DNA from: Octopus sinensis
Lineage: Eukaryota
Assembly (NCBI RefSeq): GCF_006345805.1
Contig: NC_043002.1
Location: 21,018,001-21,082,000 of the forward strand
Direction: 5' to 3'
Length of the DNA stretch: 64,000 nucleotides
A program made the position numbers and the translations under genes. Position 1 is the first letter of the stretch. Each line of letters starts with the position of its first letter. Positions 62,476 to 64,000 of the stretch are shown piece by piece. Below the pieces are notes generated by a model, which ran no database searches, had not been told where the DNA came from, and saw only the letters and a list, made by a program, of their open reading frames with translations.

Positions 62476-63012
62476 GCCCTGATGCTGTACCAGACAGTGG
62501 CTCTTGTGGCTTCTGATCTTGACTGATTGGAAGTGTTAACATGTACATTAATTTGTCTTGGTATAAAAGATAGACTACAGCAAATATTCTGCTCAATACA
62601 ATTATTTGACCATAACCAGCTGAGCGTATCCCTTGGTGGCTGATATGTGCATCTCCAATCATGAGCAGAAGTAGTGGGGGAACATCATAGCTCTGTGTTG
62701 AGAGGAATTCTTTGGGGTTTAGATAATTCACCTCTGGAAATATGGGTGTTTTGTTCATCATCCTTAAACAAACCTTGTCCAGGGATCTTTTGAGAGGGAT
62801 GGACCACTTGATCTGATAAAAATTCTAACTGGGCCCCACTTGCAAGGTCATGTGCTGTTTATCTTGATATGAGATCACCATGTCATGCACATATTGTTGT
62901 GATGCATGTGCCTGGTGTACCCTTATCAGACGGGTAGTAATGATGGGTATACTGGGCTTTATATATTTTACCCCAGTGTCACTTTGATGGTGTGCACTGC
63001 TCTCTCCCTCAG
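62476..63012. mobile_element. ~540-bp non-coding element embedded in (TAA)n
   Basis: GC-richer block bounded by TAA/CAA repeats (62415-62475) and TAA repeats (63013-63108); no ORF or TIR seen. Confidence 0.5.
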
Positions 63013-63020
63013 TTATAATG

Positions 63021-63097
<77 letters not shown>

Positions 63098-63127
63098 GTA
63101 ATAATAGTAAGGTTTTATATTTTGGCA

Positions 63128-63325
63128 TAAGGCCAGCAATTTCACAGGAAGGGTAAGTTGATTACTTTGACCCCAAAGTTCAACTGGTACTTATTTTATC
63201 ATCCCTAAAAAGGATGAAAAGGCAAAGTCGACCCTGGTGGAATTTGAACTCAGAATTTAAAGACAGATGAAATGCAGCTAAGCATTTTGTCCAGTGCGCT
63301 AATGATTCTGCCAGCTCACTATCTT
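63128..63325 (-). mobile_element. SINE family B
   Basis: Reverse complement of core and head. Confidence 0.78.
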
Positions 63326-63487
63326 AGATGTTAAAAGGATGATGATGATCATGTTTCAAATTGTGCCTACTCAGGAACCAACCTCAGAAGAATGAAAAGC
63401 AAAATGAACATCTTAGCAGAATTTGAACTTGGAACGTTAAGCAATACATGAATTAACAGCTATAATATTAATTAATTATGGCTGAAT

Positions 63488-63860
63488 GTTTAATAAGTTC
63501 ACTTTGCGATCATGTGGTTTCAGGTTCAGTCCCACTCAGTGGCACCTCTGGCAAGTGTTTTCTGCTAAATCCCAGGACTGACCGATGCTTTGTGAGTGGA
63601 TTTGGTAGACAGATACGGAGTGGAAACTAATTACATATATATGTATATGTGAGAGTGTATGCATTTTGGGTTTAAGTTTGTCTCTCCCACCACTGCTTGA
63701 TAACTGGTCTTGGTTTGTTTACATCCCCATAACTTAGTAATTTGGCAGAGGCCGATAGAATCAGAGCCATATTAAAAAAATTAAGCACTGGGGTCAATTT
63801 GTTTGACTAAACCATTAAAGGCAGTGTCCCAGCATGGCCACAGTCCAATGACTGAAAAGA
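63488..63860 (+). mobile_element. SINE family A, diverged
   Basis: B box, CORE-like block, body, tail. Confidence 0.8.
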
Positions 63861-63873
63861 TACTAATTGATTA

Positions 63874-64000
63874 GGTGCAGGAGTGGCTGTGTGGTAAGTA
63901 GCTTGCTTACCAACCACATCGTTCCGGGTTCAGTCCCACTGTGTGGCCCCTTGGGCAAGTGTCTTCTTCTATAGCCTCAGGCTGACCAAAGCCTTGTGAG
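63874..64000 (+). mobile_element. SINE family A head, runs off the window
   Basis: GGTGCAGGAGTGGCTGTGTGGTAAG...GGTTCAGTCCC. Confidence 0.88.

Overview
AT-rich, repeat-saturated eukaryotic DNA. The SINE families, the C2H2 zinc-finger style and the microsatellite density point to a coleoid cephalopod, most likely Octopus (inference). No intact multi-exon host gene is certain. The window holds about 40 tRNA-derived SINE copies from about 5 families; LINE fragments (RTE, CR1/L2, R4/Dong and HERO-like with REL nuclease, a Tx1/L1-like ORF1); a Penelope-like element (PLE) with RT, GIY-YIG and an inverted pLTR; a mariner relic; MITEs, one carrying TTAGGG repeats; non-autonomous Helitron/Helentron elements including a ~510-bp tandem array; a decayed C2H2-ZNF exon; a 5S rRNA pseudogene; and a few candidate plus-strand exons between 36 and 51 kb. 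The most interesting unexplained pattern is six unrelated fold-back palindromes (63-360 bp, two essentially perfect). Each has a short unpaired tail and sits in or beside (TA)n, and several minimal hammerhead-ribozyme-like motifs occur in or near such elements. The PLE at 58-60 kb shows the same inverted-repeat-plus-tail geometry and carries a canonical-looking hammerhead, suggesting the palindromes are minimal PLE insertion products. All alignments, folds and family assignments were done by eye or from memory and need computational confirmation.
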